Part shown: positions 1 through 9,688 of the stretch, one piece after another
How positions within the stretch are numbered: position 1 is the stretch's first letter
Layout of the letters: each line of letters begins with the position of its first letter
Origin: Candidatus Limivivens merdigallinarum
GTDB taxonomy: Bacteria; Bacillota; Clostridia; Lachnospirales; Lachnospiraceae
Reading direction: 5' to 3'
DNA length: 64,000 bases
Assembly (NCBI GenBank): GCA_018713105.1
Contig: DVFT01000197.1
Location: 11,383 to 75,382, forward strand
Position numbers and translations under genes: made by a program
Notes under the pieces: generated by a model
The model's input: only the letters and a program-made list of their open reading frames with translations
Told to the model about the DNA's origin: nothing
The model's database searches: none

Positions 1-3000
1 TGACCTTTCAGGATTTCCTTCATATTCAGAACTATTTTAAACAGGAAGAGAAAAGAGATCCGTCCGTGACGGAAATTCGGGTGCTGGACACCTACTGGTC
101 CGATCACTGCCGCCACACCACCTTCTCAACGGAATTAAAGGATGTCCGCTTCGAGGACGGATATTACCGCAAACCGCTGGAGGAGACGTACCAGCAGTAC
201 CTGAAAGACCACAGCGAGATCTTCCAGGGCAGGGAGGATAAGTTCATCTGTCTGATGGACCTGGCGCTGATGGCGATGCGGAAGCTGAAAAAAGAAGGCA
301 AGCTGGACGACCAGGAGGAATCCGAAGAGATCAACGCCTGCAGCATCGTTGTGCCGGTGGAGATTGACGGAAAGACCGAGGAATGGCTGGTGAATTTCAA
401 GAATGAAACCCACAACCATCCCACGGAGATCGAACCCTTCGGTGGGGCTGCTACCTGCCTTGGAGGTGCGATCCGGGATCCCCTCTCGGGACGAACCTAT
501 GTCTATCAGGCGATGCGTGTGACCGGAGCTGCAGATCCCACGGTTTCTGTGAAGGAAACCCTGAAGGGCAAGCTCCCCCAGAAGAAGATCGTAAGGAGTG
601 CAGCTCACGGATACAGCTCCTACGGAAACCAGATCGGTCTTGCCACCGGATATGTGAAGGAGATTTATCATCCCAATTACGTGGCAAAGCGCATGGAGAT
701 CGGCGCTGTCATGGGCGCTGCCCCGAGAAGCGCGGTAAAGAGGGAGACCTCCGATCCGGGAGATATCATCATCCTTCTTGGAGGAAGGACCGGAAGAGAC
801 GGAATCGGCGGCGCTACCGGATCCTCCAAAGTGCACACGGAAGCTTCCATTGAGGTGTGCGGGGCAGAGGTACAGAAGGGAAATGCGCCCACAGAGCGGA
901 AAATCCAGCGTATGTTCCGCAGACCCGAAGTGAGCCGGCTGATCAAGAAATGCAACGATTTCGGCGCAGGCGGCGTGTCTGTGGCGATCGGCGAGCTGGC
1001 TGCTGGGCTTCAGGTCAATCTGGACAAGGTGCCGAAGAAATACGCAGGACTGGACGGTACGGAGATTGCCATCTCCGAGTCCCAGGAACGTATGGCTGTG
1101 GTGGTAGATCCCAAAGATGTGGATGAATTTCTGAAGTACGCAGCGGAGGAAAACCTGGAAGCCGTGAAAGTGGCTGTGGTGACGGAAAGCCCGCGGCTGG
1201 TGCTCTGCTGGAGAGGAAAAGAAATCGTGAATATTTCCAGGGCATTCCTGGATACCAACGGCGCCCATCAGGAGACTGAGGTGGAGGTAGAGATTCCCTC
1301 CAGGGAAGATAGCTTCTTCAAGCGGGAAGAAGTCTCAGATGTAAAGGCGAAATGGCTGGATACCCTGAAGGACTTAAACGGCTGTTCCCAGAAGGGATTA
1401 GTAGAAATGTTTGACAGCTCCATCGGGGCAGGAAGCGTCCTGATGCCCTATGGAGGAAAATATCAGCTCACCGAGACCCAGGCGATGGTAGCCAAGCTTC
1501 CGGTGCTGGAGGGCAAGACGGATACTGTGACGATGATGAGTTACGGGTTCGATCCGTATCTGTCCAGTTGGAGCCCCTACCATGGAGCCGTCTATGCGGT
1601 GCTGGAATCGGTTGCGAGGATCGTGGCAAACGGAGGGGATTACAGCAAGATCCGCTTTACCTTCCAGGAATATTTCCGCCGTATGAGCGAGGATCCCAAG
1701 AGATGGAGCCAGCCCTTCGCGGCGCTTTTGGGGGCGTACAGCGCGCAGCTTGGCTTTGGACTGCCCTCCATCGGAGGAAAGGACAGTATGTCCGGAAGCT
1801 TCAATGAGATAGATGTTCCCCCCACACTGGTATCCTTTGCAGTGGATGTGGCGAGCGACAAGACCATCATTTCCCCGGAGCTTAAGAAGGCGGGAAATAA
1901 GCTGGTGCTCTTAAAGATTGAAAAAGATGAATATGATCTGCCGAAATACAGCCAGATCTGTGACCAGTACGGCAAATTCTTTGAGGACGTGAAAGCGGGA
2001 AGGATCATTTCTGCCTATGCCCTGGACGGCAAAGGGCTCTCTCTCGCTGTCAGCAAGATGGCGTTCGGCAACGGTCTCGGCGTGAAGATCGAGCACAATG
2101 TGGATGCAAGGGATCTCTTCACAGAAGGATTCGGCTGCATTGTGGCGGAAGTACCGGACGGAAAGGTAGGAGAACTGTCCATCACCTATACGGTAGTGGG
2201 AGAAGTGCTTGAAAAACCGGTGCTGACCTACCAGGATGTGACGATTACCCTGAACGAGGCAGAAGCTACCTGGAAGAGCACGCTGGAGAAGGTCTTCAAG
2301 ACCGTATCCGGAGAAGAGACCAAGGGAGCAGAGAGAGAGGACGCCCTCTTTGAAGCCAAAGAGATCTATGTGTGCAGGAACAAGGTAGCAAAACCCAGAG
2401 TCTTCATCCCGGTATTTCCGGGCACCAACTGCGAGTACGACAGCACTAAGGCATTCGAGCGTGCCGGGGCAGAGGTGGACGTGAAGGTGTTCCGGAACCT
2501 AAGCGCGTCAGATATCCGGGATTCCGTTTCCGTTTTTGAGAAAGCCATTGATCAGGCACAGATCATCATGTTCCCTGGTGGCTTCTCCGCAGGTGACGAG
2601 CCGGATGGCTCTGCCAAATTCTTCGCAACGGCATTCCAGAATGAGAAAATCAGGGAAGCAGTGATGCGTCTTTTGAACGAAAGGGACGGGCTGGCATTGG
2701 GAATCTGCAATGGATTCCAGGCGCTGATCAAGCTGGGGCTGGTGCCGTACGGTGAGATCAAAGGACAGACGGAAGATTCTCCGACCCTTACCTTCAACAC
2801 CATCGGACGCCATATTTCCAAGATGGTTTACACCAAGGTGGTTTCCAACAAGTCCCCGTGGCTTCAGGAAGCAGAGCTTGGCAAGACCTATGCGATTCCG
2901 GCATCCCACGGTGAGGGCAGGTTTGTGGCTGATACGAAATGGCTGGATCAGCTCTTTGCCAACGGTCAGGTAGCGACCCGCTACGTGGACGCGGACGGTC

Positions 3001-3191
3001 AGCTGCTGGTTCAGGACGAGGAATGGAACGTGAACGGTTCCTATGCGGCGATCGAGGGAATCACCAGCCCGGACGGACGTGTCTTCGGAAAGATGGCACA
3101 TGCGGAGAGACGCGGCGATTCCGTGGCGATCAATATTTACGGCGACCAGGATATGAAGATTTTCGAATCCGGTGTGAACTATTTCAAATAA
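1..3191 (+). CDS. purL: Phosphoribosylformylglycinamidine synthase, fused PurL/PurQ type (5' truncated by window)
   Basis: Frame is open from base 3 (TFQDFLHIQNYF...). Motifs WSDHCRH, ETHNHPT, DFGAGG, SESQERM; glutaminase domain FPGTNCE, GICNGFQ, HGEGRF. Confidence 0.96.
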   Translation, partial: TFQDFLHIQNYFKQEEKRDPSVTEIRVLDTYWSDHCRHTTFSTELKDVRFEDGYYRKPLEETYQQYLKDHSEIFQGREDKFICLMDLALMAMRKLKKEGKLDDQEESEEINACSIVVPVEIDGKTEEWLVNFKNETHNHPTEIEPFGGAATCLGGAIRDPLSGRTYVYQAMRVTGAADPTVSVKETLKGKLPQKKIVRSAAHGYSSYGNQIGLATGYVKEIYHPNYVAKRMEIGAVMGAAPRSAVKRETSDPGDIIILLGGRTGRDGIGGATGSSKVHTEASIEVCGAEVQKGNAPTERKIQRMFRRPEVSRLIKKCNDFGAGGVSVAIGELAAGLQVNLDKVPKKYAGLDGTEIAISESQERMAVVVDPKDVDEFLKYAAEENLEAVKVAVVTESPRLVLCWRGKEIVNISRAFLDTNGAHQETEVEVEIPSREDSFFKREEVSDVKAKWLDTLKDLNGCSQKGLVEMFDSSIGAGSVLMPYGGKYQLTETQAMVAKLPVLEGKTDTVTMMSYGFDPYLSSWSPYHGAVYAVLESVARIVANGGDYSKIRFTFQEYFRRMSEDPKRWSQPFAALLGAYSAQLGFGLPSIGGKDSMSGSFNEIDVPPTLVSFAVDVASDKTIISPELKKAGNKLVLLKIEKDEYDLPKYSQICDQYGKFFEDVKAGRIISAYALDGKGLSLAVSKMAFGNGLGVKIEHNVDARDLFTEGFGCIVAEVPDGKVGELSITYTVVGEVLEKPVLTYQDVTITLNEAEATWKSTLEKVFKTVSGEETKGAEREDALFEAKEIYVCRNKVAKPRVFIPVFPGTNCEYDSTKAFERAGAEVDVKVFRNLSASDIRDSVSVFEKAIDQAQIIMFPGGFSAGDEPDGSAKFFATAFQNEKIREAVMRLLNERDGLALGICNGFQALIKLGLVPYGEIKGQTEDSPTLTFNTIGRHISKMVYTKVVSNKSPWLQEAELGKTYAIPASHGEGRFVADTKWLDQLFANGQVATRYVDADGQLLVQDEEWNVNGSYAAIEGITSPDGRVFGKMAHAERRGDSVAINIYGDQDMKIFESGVNYFK

Positions 3192-3203
3192 AATAAAGGA
3201 TAG

Positions 3204-3239
3204 GAGCCTGCGCCCGGCAGCCTGCCGGGGAGCAGGCTC
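3204..3239 (+). terminator. GC-rich hairpin after purL
   Basis: GAGCCTGC-CCCGGCAG / CTGCCGGG-GCAGGCTC inverted repeat; weak U tail. Confidence 0.55.
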
Positions 3240-3259
3240 ATTCCTAATGGGGGAAAACA

Positions 3260-4117
3260 ATGGGACTTTCAGAGAATATCAAAGGAATCCATCATGTGTC
3301 CGTTTCTGCTTACGACGGAGAAACTGCCAGCAGGTGGTATCAGGAGAATCTGGGCTTTGAATTGGTCCAGAAAAAGATCACAGCCATGAACGGGAAGACC
3401 GAGTTCTTCCTGCTGCGGAAAGGGAATCTTCTGGTGGAGCTGGTGCAGCCCCACGGAAGGCTGCGGGAGGAGACAAGGCTTAGGAAGACGGGCGTGCTGG
3501 ATCACTATGCCATCGACACGGCGGATCTCGACGTTCAGGCGGAGCGGGCGCTTCGAAAGGGCATGACGCTCCATGGATCCACGCCGGACGGGATCACAAG
3601 CTATCCGCATCTTGGCAGAAACGGTGTGAAGGGAATCAATTTCACAGGACCGGAGGGGGAAGTGATCGAGTTCTGCCACGATGAAAGCACAGATTACTCC
3701 GGAAAAACCGGGCTTTTAGGGTTTGCACATCTGGCTCTTAAGGCTCTTAGCTTGGAGCGCACGGAAGAATTTTACGTAAGGATGGGCTTTCGCAAAACGG
3801 GGGAAGGGTACCTTTTGGCGCCGGATGGGAAGATCCGGGTTGCTTTTCTGGAGCATCAAGGGTATGTCCTGGAAATCATCGAGACGGACAAGGGAGGCTC
3901 TTTGGAGGAGAAGGAACGAGGCGGACGGATCGATCACTTTGCCCTGGAGGTGTCAGATGTGAGAGAAGCGCTCTATCAGGCACAGAAGGCAAAGCTTCCG
4001 CTTCTGAATCATGTCATCCAGGAATTGCCGTTAATGGAACAGGGCGTCAAATATTTCTTTGTGCAGGGACCGGACGGGGAGCGGATCGAATTCGTTGAAA
4101 TAGTTTCAAATGTATAA
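3260..4117 (+). CDS. Two-domain VOC/glyoxalase family protein
   Basis: Two repeats of the H-E-H-E metal-ligand pattern (HHVSV, VELVQ, DHYAI, GPEGEVIEF; AHLAL, LEIIE, DHFAL, GPDGERIEF). Confidence 0.85.
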   Translation: MGLSENIKGIHHVSVSAYDGETASRWYQENLGFELVQKKITAMNGKTEFFLLRKGNLLVELVQPHGRLREETRLRKTGVLDHYAIDTADLDVQAERALRKGMTLHGSTPDGITSYPHLGRNGVKGINFTGPEGEVIEFCHDESTDYSGKTGLLGFAHLALKALSLERTEEFYVRMGFRKTGEGYLLAPDGKIRVAFLEHQGYVLEIIETDKGGSLEEKERGGRIDHFALEVSDVREALYQAQKAKLPLLNHVIQELPLMEQGVKYFFVQGPDGERIEFVEIVSNV

Positions 4118-4140
4118 AAAATAAAAAAATTAAAAAATGC

Positions 4141-4169
4141 TTGACATATTTCGCCAGGTGTATTATACT
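4141..4169 (+). promoter_or_regulatory. SigA promoter of the tRNA cluster
   Basis: TTGACA-17-TATACT with upstream A-tracts (UP element). Confidence 0.85.
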
Positions 4170-4211
4170 AATGAAGCGTCAGGGAAGTAACAGCTTCCGG
4201 ACGGAAGACAT

Positions 4212-4284
4212 GGGGTCTTAGCTCAGCTGGGAGAGCATCTGCCTTACAAGCAGAGGGTCATAGGTTCGAGCCCTATAGGCCCCA
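4212..4284 (+). tRNA. tRNA-Val(TAC)
   Basis: Cloverleaf: acceptor GGGGTCT/AGGCCCC, anticodon arm TCTGC-cttacaa-GCAGA, GGTTCGAG T-loop; CCA not encoded. Confidence 0.96.
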
Positions 4285-4297
4285 TGAACACCAATAT

Positions 4298-4371
4298 GGC
4301 GGAATAGCTCAGTTGGCTAGAGCATACGGTTCATACCCGTAGTGTCGAGAGTTCGAATCTCCCTTCCGCTA
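4298..4371 (+). tRNA. tRNA-Met(CAT), elongator type
   Basis: Acceptor GGCGGAA/TTCCGCT, anticodon arm TACGG-ttcatac-CCGTA, GTTCGAAT T-loop. Confidence 0.93.
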
Positions 4372-4415
4372 TTTTGCCTCACAGTCAATTCTGTGAGGTT
4401 TCGTCATAAGTGATT

Positions 4416-4486
4416 GCAGGTATAGTTCATCGGTAGAACGCTAGCTTCCCAAGCTGGAGAGACGGGTTCGATTCCCGCTACCTGCT
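4416..4486 (+). tRNA. tRNA-Gly(CCC)
   Basis: Acceptor GCAGGTA/TACCTGC, anticodon loop ttcccaa, GGTTCGATT T-loop, U73. Confidence 0.93.
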
Positions 4487-4550
4487 TTTTTTGTGCCCAA
4501 AATTCCGAGTTGTTGTGCTTCATAAAAAATTAATAAATCCAGGGCGTAAA

Positions 4551-4580
4551 ATTAAGAAAAATTAAGAAATATAAGAAAAT
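4551..4580 (+). promoter_or_regulatory. Phased TAAGAAA direct repeats upstream of the small lipoprotein gene
   Basis: ATTAAGAAAA ATTAAGAAAT ATAAGAAAAT at ~10 bp period; candidate extended -10 TGGTAGGAT at 4627-4635. Confidence 0.4.
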
Positions 4581-4695
4581 CTTTATTTATTTTAATAAAA
4601 AAGGTCTGGATTTTTTCAGTAAGAAGTGGTAGGATTAATCACGTAATTTAAGAAAGATGCGAATGTTTTGATTCGCAAATGAGGAGGATATAACT

Positions 4696-4959
4696 ATGAA
4701 GAAAAAAGTTATGGCATTAGTTATGGTTGCAGCTTTAGCATCTGCTATGATGGTTGGCTGCGGAAGCAAAACTGCTGAGACAGAAGCTACTACTACTGAG
4801 GCTGCTGCTGATACCGAGGCTGCTGAAGAGACAGAAGCTGCTGCTGATACCGAGGCTGCTGAAGAGACGGAAGCTGCTGCTGATACCGAAGCAGAGACCA
4901 CTGAGGCTGCTGCTGATACTGAGGCAGAAACCACTGAGGCTGCTTCTGAGGCTGAATAA
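4696..4959 (+). CDS. Small acidic Ala/Glu/Thr-repeat lipoprotein (87 aa)
   Basis: RBS GAGGAGG, MKKK + hydrophobic core + MVGC lipobox, 36- and 33-nt DNA repeats, own terminator. Confidence 0.85.
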   Translation: MKKKVMALVMVAALASAMMVGCGSKTAETEATTTEAAADTEAAEETEAAADTEAAEETEAAADTEAETTEAAADTEAETTEAASEAE

Positions 4960-4975
4960 TTTAGATAATCTGACG

Positions 4976-5007
4976 AAAAGCTCTCCAGGATTCTGGGGAG
5001 CTTTTTT
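4976..5007 (+). terminator. Intrinsic terminator
   Basis: AAAAGCTCTCCAG/CTGGGGAGCTTTT hairpin plus T run. Confidence 0.8.
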
Positions 5008-5079
5008 GTGGTGGAAAGCCTTGTCTCCCAGCCGGGGAGTATGGTATAGTGGTACCATCAATGAATTGGAGGAAAAGCA

Positions 5080-5616
5080 ATGCGTGTAGGAATGGGATAT
5101 GATGTCCACAGGCTTGTGGAGAACAGAAAACTGATTTTAGGCGGCGTGGAGATTCCATATGAGAAGGGGCTTTTAGGTCATTCCGATGCAGATGTCCTGG
5201 TGCATGCGATCATGGACGCGCTTCTGGGAGCCGCGGCGCTGGGGGATATCGGAAAGCATTTCCCCGATACGGATCCGAACTATGAAGGGATTTCCAGCAT
5301 CAAGCTCCTTACGTATGTGGCGGAGCTGCTGGAGGAGAATCATTATATCATTGAAAATATTGATGCCACGGTGATTGCCCAGAAACCGAAGCTCCGCCCT
5401 TATATGGAGGAGATGACTGAGAAGATTGCCGGCGCTCTGGGAATCGAGCAGAACCAGCTGAACCTGAAGGCGACCACGGAAGAAGGATTGGGATTTACCG
5501 GAAGCGGGGAAGGAATGGCTGCACAGGCAATCTGCTGCCTGATTCCGCTGATCGACCTGGCAGGGGATGACCGGATGGGGCTTGGGTGCAAAGGATGCGG
5601 TGGCTGCTGTGAGTGA
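5080..5616 (+). CDS. ispF: 2-C-methyl-D-erythritol 2,4-cyclodiphosphate synthase with Cys-rich C-tail
   Basis: [37 protein letters not shown]. Confidence 0.96.
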   Translation: MRVGMGYDVHRLVENRKLILGGVEIPYEKGLLGHSDADVLVHAIMDALLGAAALGDIGKHFPDTDPNYEGISSIKLLTYVAELLEENHYIIENIDATVIAQKPKLRPYMEEMTEKIAGALGIEQNQLNLKATTEEGLGFTGSGEGMAAQAICCLIPLIDLAGDDRMGLGCKGCGGCCE

Positions 5617-6649
5617 TCTGAAAATGAGACTTTTAGAACCAAAGGAAGCAGCCAGGACCAGGAAGCTCTATGAGGAAGCGTTTCCTGAGGATAGCAGGGA
5701 ATTCGTCGATTATTACTATGAGGAAGTGGCAGCCCGCAACCGGATTTATGCGGCGGAGCAGGACGGGGAAATCCGCTCCATGGTACACTTGAATCCTTAT
5801 CTGGTCTCCATCGGAGGAAAGGAGCGGGAGATCGATTATCTCGTAGCTGTGGCGACGGCAGAGAAGTTCCGTCATCAGGGATTGATGGGCAGCCTGCTCG
5901 GAAAGGCGATGGAGCGGATGCAGACGGAAGGAAAGGCGTTTACGTTTCTGATGCCTGCAAAGGAAGAGATCTACCGTCCCTTCGGCTTTCATTTTATTTC
6001 CGGGCAGAACAGGGGCGAGCTGATTCCAGGCGACTATCTCGGAATGGAAGGGATGGACTGCCATCCGGCAACCATGGCGGATCTCCCCGACCTTGCGTGG
6101 ATTGCAGAAAGGCTGCTGGGAAAGCAGGGCGGAACCTATACGGTTCACTCGGAAGCCTATTTTGAACGGCTCCTCAAGGAGCAGCAATGCCAGGAGGGAG
6201 ATGTGGCGGTGTTTACCAAAGACGGCATGATCCAAGGCTGGTGTTTTACTGCCTGGGATGGCGCTGTCCCGGAAGTAAGGGAGATCGTCGTGGAAGAGGC
6301 GGCAAAGCCCTATGTGCTGCCAACGCTGGCAAAGGCATTCCGCTATGACAAAAAAGTCCGCCTGTACGGCTGCCCGGACGGCGTGGGAAAGCAGGAGAAA
6401 AGACCGCTGATGATGGGACGCCTCCTGAACCTGGCTGCCTATGTAGAGCTAGTGGGGGATACAATGCCGGAAAACACGGCGTTTACGCTCACCGACCATT
6501 TGCTGCCGGAAAATAGCGGAACCTACCGGAAATCCGAAGGAAGGCTGGTGCGGATTCAGGAGGAGGCGAATATCCCGATCCTCAGTGTGGAGGAATTCAT
6601 GGATCGCTATCCCCTTCCAGCTCCCGTGTTTTTCAATGAGGTGGTATAG
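5609..6649 (+). CDS. Eis-like GNAT acetyltransferase
   Basis: [15 protein letters not shown] acetyl-CoA motif, [14 protein letters not shown]. Start GTG 5609 or ATG 5624. Confidence 0.8.
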   Translation: MSDLKMRLLEPKEAARTRKLYEEAFPEDSREFVDYYYEEVAARNRIYAAEQDGEIRSMVHLNPYLVSIGGKEREIDYLVAVATAEKFRHQGLMGSLLGKAMERMQTEGKAFTFLMPAKEEIYRPFGFHFISGQNRGELIPGDYLGMEGMDCHPATMADLPDLAWIAERLLGKQGGTYTVHSEAYFERLLKEQQCQEGDVAVFTKDGMIQGWCFTAWDGAVPEVREIVVEEAAKPYVLPTLAKAFRYDKKVRLYGCPDGVGKQEKRPLMMGRLLNLAAYVELVGDTMPENTAFTLTDHLLPENSGTYRKSEGRLVRIQEEANIPILSVEEFMDRYPLPAPVFFNEVV

Positions 6650-6683
6650 GGGTTCCAGCCCGGGAAAGGGGGTCTCCTTTGGG

Positions 6684-6711
6684 TTGACAAAGGTGGAAAG
6701 CTTGCTATACT
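6684..6711 (+). promoter_or_regulatory. SigA promoter of cysS
   Basis: TTGACA-16-TATACT with TG extension. Confidence 0.75.
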
Positions 6712-6773
6712 AGACGTAGTACGGCGTGGAAGTTTGGCGCTGGGGAATGAAGATAGAAAGATGAGGAAGGACA

Positions 6774-8180
6774 ATGAAGCTTTATAATACGCTGACAAAG
6801 AAAAAGGAAGAGTTCATCCCGATTGTTCCGGGAAAGGTGAGTATGTACGTGTGCGGTCCCACCGTATATAACTTTATCCATATCGGGAATGCGCGCCCGA
6901 TGATTATTTTCGACACGGCTCGCCGCTATCTGGAGCACAAGGGCTATGAGGTCAACTACGTGTCCAATTTCACGGATGTGGATGATAAGATCATCAAGAA
7001 AGCCAATGAGGAAGGAGTGCCCTCTGAGGTGATCTCCACCCGTTATATCGAGGAATGCAAGAAGGATATGGAGGCGATGAATGTAAAGCCTGCCACCACC
7101 CATCCGCTGGCAACGCAGGAGATCGGCGGCATGGTGGAGATGATCCAGGAGCTGATCGAGAAGGGCTATGCCTACAACGTGGACGGGACCGTCTACTTCA
7201 GAACCAGGAAGTTTCAGGAGTATGGGAAGCTTTCCCACAAGAACCTGGACGATCTGCGCTCCGGAAACCGTTCCCTCCTGGTGACCGGTGAAGATCAGAA
7301 GGAGGATCCGCTGGATTTCGTACTCTGGAAGCCGAAGAAGGAAGGAGAACCCTCCTGGCCATCTCCGTGGAGTGACGGACGTCCCGGCTGGCATATCGAG
7401 TGCTCTGTGATGGCAAAGAAATATCTGGGAGAGGAAATCGATATCCATGCAGGCGGCGAGGACCTGATTTTCCCCCACCACGAGAACGAGATTGCCCAGA
7501 GCGAGTGCTGCAACGGCAAGACCTTTGCCAGATACTGGCTCCACAACGGCTTCCTGAATATCGATAACAAAAAGATGAGCAAATCCCTGGGAAATTTCTT
7601 TACCGTAAGGGAGATCGGTGAAAAATACGACCTGCAGGTACTCCGCATGTTCATGCTGAGCGCGCACTACAGAAGCCCCTTGAATTTCAGCGCTGAGTTG
7701 ATGGAGGCTTCCAAGAACTCTCTGGAGCGCATCACAAACGCTGTATCCAATCTGAAGCATCTTTGCGGCAATGCCGCTTCCGAGGAGGCGACGGAGGAGG
7801 AGAAAGCGCTCATGGCAGAGCTTCCTTCCTTTGAAAAGAAATTTGACGATGCGATGGATGATGATCTGAACACCGCCGACGCCGTGTCTGCGATCTTTGA
7901 GATGGTGCGTTTCGCCAATACCCATGCAGGGGAGAAGAGCTCCAAGGAATTTCTGAACGCCATGAAGGAAAGAATCGTTTCCTTAAGCGATGTGCTGGGA
8001 CTGATCGCGGAAAAGGAAGAGGGGATTCTGGATGCGGACATCGAAAAGCTGATCGAAGAACGCCAGGCAGCCAGAAAAGCCAGAGACTTTGCCAGAGCAG
8101 ACGCCATCCGCGATGAACTTCTCGGAAAAGGGATCATTCTGGAGGATACCAGGGAAGGTGTAAAATGGAAAAGAGCCTGA
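6774..8180 (+). CDS. cysS: Cysteinyl-tRNA synthetase
   Basis: [25 protein letters not shown]. Confidence 0.98.
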   Translation: MKLYNTLTKKKEEFIPIVPGKVSMYVCGPTVYNFIHIGNARPMIIFDTARRYLEHKGYEVNYVSNFTDVDDKIIKKANEEGVPSEVISTRYIEECKKDMEAMNVKPATTHPLATQEIGGMVEMIQELIEKGYAYNVDGTVYFRTRKFQEYGKLSHKNLDDLRSGNRSLLVTGEDQKEDPLDFVLWKPKKEGEPSWPSPWSDGRPGWHIECSVMAKKYLGEEIDIHAGGEDLIFPHHENEIAQSECCNGKTFARYWLHNGFLNIDNKKMSKSLGNFFTVREIGEKYDLQVLRMFMLSAHYRSPLNFSAELMEASKNSLERITNAVSNLKHLCGNAASEEATEEEKALMAELPSFEKKFDDAMDDDLNTADAVSAIFEMVRFANTHAGEKSSKEFLNAMKERIVSLSDVLGLIAEKEEGILDADIEKLIEERQAARKARDFARADAIRDELLGKGIILEDTREGVKWKRA

Positions 8181-8617
8181 TGGAGCTTGCCGAATTCTTG
8201 AGGGTACGTTTTTCCCTGGAGAAAAAGGATCTGAAAACCTATTCTCCCCTGACCTTGGCATACATTGGGGATGCCGTCTACGACCTGGTGATCCGTACCC
8301 TGGTGGTGGAAGAAGGCAACTGCGCACCCAGCAGGCTGCACAAAAAGACCTCCTCCCTTGTGAAGGCGCAGGCACAGGCAGAGATGATCGACGTCCTTCT
8401 GGAAACGCTCAGCGAGGAGGAGCAAAACGTCTACCGAAGGGGCAGGAATGCGAAATCCTACACCATGGCGAAGAATGCCACCATGAAGGATTACCGCAAG
8501 GCAACCGGCTTCGAGGCTTTGATGGGCTACCTCTATCTCTGCGGAAGAACGGAGAGAATGGTGGAGCTGATCCAGGAAGGCATGGAGAAAAGGAAGACCG
8601 AAGGAGAGAAAGAATGA
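8165..8617 (+). CDS. mrnC: Mini-ribonuclease III
   Basis: [32 protein letters not shown]; cysS-mrnC-rlmB synteny. Confidence 0.94.
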   Translation: MEKSLMELAEFLRVRFSLEKKDLKTYSPLTLAYIGDAVYDLVIRTLVVEEGNCAPSRLHKKTSSLVKAQAQAEMIDVLLETLSEEEQNVYRRGRNAKSYTMAKNATMKDYRKATGFEALMGYLYLCGRTERMVELIQEGMEKRKTEGEKE

Positions 8618-9363
8618 GATACGAAGAGATGACCATAGAGGGACGGAACGCCGTTTTGGAGGCATTCCGTTCCGGGAAGACCGTGGACAAGCTGTTCCTT
8701 CTGGACGGCTGTAAGGATGGTCCGATTTTAAGCATTGTCCGGGAAGCCAAAAAGCATGGCACACTGATCAATTATGTCAGGAAGGAACGGCTGGATCAGC
8801 TCTCCGAGACCGGGAAGCATCAGGGGGTGGTGGCGTTTCTGGCTGCCTATCACTATGCCGAGGTGGAGGATATCCTGAATCTGGCGAAGGAAAAAGGCGA
8901 GCCGCCGTTTCTGTTCCTCCTGGATAATATCGAGGATCCCCATAATCTGGGCGCTATCATCCGTACGGCGAACCTGGCGGGCGCCCACGGCGTGATCATT
9001 CCGAAGAGGCGGGCTGTGGGACTGACAGCCACCGTTGCCAAGACCTCCGCGGGAGCCATCAATTACACGCCGGTGGCGCGGGTGACCAATCTGGCTGCCA
9101 CCATAGAGGAGCTGAAAAAATGCGGCATCTGGTTTGTCTGCGCAGATATGGACGGGGAGCCGATGTACCGCCTGAACCTGACAGGACCCATCGGCCTGGT
9201 GATCGGGAACGAAGGGGAAGGCGTGAGCCGTCTGGTGAAAGAAAAGTGCGATTTTGTGGCGTCCATCCCCATGAAGGGAGAGATCGATTCCTTGAACGCT
9301 TCGGTGGCAGCCGGTGTGCTGGCATATGAGATCGTGAGACAGAGATGGAATCAGGGACACTGA
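8614..9363 (+). CDS. rlmB: 23S rRNA (Gm2251) methyltransferase, TrmH/SpoU family
   Basis: GRNAVLE, HQGVVA, DPHNLGAIIRTA, GNEGEG, SLNASVAAG. Confidence 0.95.
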   Translation: MRYEEMTIEGRNAVLEAFRSGKTVDKLFLLDGCKDGPILSIVREAKKHGTLINYVRKERLDQLSETGKHQGVVAFLAAYHYAEVEDILNLAKEKGEPPFLFLLDNIEDPHNLGAIIRTANLAGAHGVIIPKRRAVGLTATVAKTSAGAINYTPVARVTNLAATIEELKKCGIWFVCADMDGEPMYRLNLTGPIGLVIGNEGEGVSRLVKEKCDFVASIPMKGEIDSLNASVAAGVLAYEIVRQRWNQGH

Positions 9364-9398
9364 TTTTCAAATTTTTTCAATATTTGTGAAAATTCCTG

Positions 9399-9427
9399 TT
9401 GACTTTTGGAGCGACCTATAGTAGAAT
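9399..9427 (+). promoter_or_regulatory. SigA promoter of the tRNA-Thr pair
   Basis: TTGACT-17-TAGAAT. Confidence 0.75.
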
Positions 9428-9462
9428 AGCTAACTGTAGCGGGCATGAAAAGCCAGTGATAA

Positions 9463-9535
9463 GCTGCTGTAGCACAGTCGGTAGTGCGTCGCATTGGTAG
9501 TGCGGAGGTCACGAGTTCGATTCTCGTCAGCAGCT
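9463..9535 (+). tRNA. tRNA-Thr(GGT) copy 1
   Basis: Acceptor GCTGCTG/CAGCAGC, anticodon loop ttggtag, GTTCGATT T-loop. Confidence 0.93.
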
Positions 9536-9563
9536 TTCCAAAAGTCTTTCCTGTTTGCCACAG

Positions 9564-9636
9564 GCTGATGTAGCACAGTCGGTAGTGCGTCGCATTGGTA
9601 GTGCGGAGGTCACGGGTTCGATTCCCGTCATCAGCT
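9564..9636 (+). tRNA. tRNA-Thr(GGT) copy 2
   Basis: Acceptor GCTGATG/CATCAGC; differs from copy 1 by two compensated base pairs. Confidence 0.93.
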
Positions 9637-9641
9637 TTTTT

Positions 9642-9677
9642 GAGAACACTCTCCGAAGAGAGTGTTCTTTTGTTTTT
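9642..9677. terminator. Bidirectional-type terminator between the tRNAs and a convergent small gene
   Basis: AGAACACTCT/AGAGTGTTCT hairpin plus T run. Confidence 0.75.
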
Positions 9678-9688
9678 ACCCAGAATGT

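Noticed and set aside
4487-4700. AT-rich stretch after tRNA-Gly as a possible island attachment site
   Set aside because: No integrase and no duplicated tRNA 3' end; explained as promoter DNA.
4635-4934. Antisense Ser/Ala/Val repeat ORF
   Set aside because: Mirror image of the lipoprotein repeats; the plus-strand gene has the RBS, lipobox and terminator.
6705-7925. Long antisense ORFs (406 aa opposite cysS; also 135-1268, 12265-13179, 30038-31045, 39548-40651, 62033-62974)
   Set aside because: They shadow conserved genes in the in-register antisense frame, an artefact of codon bias; no motifs or RBS.
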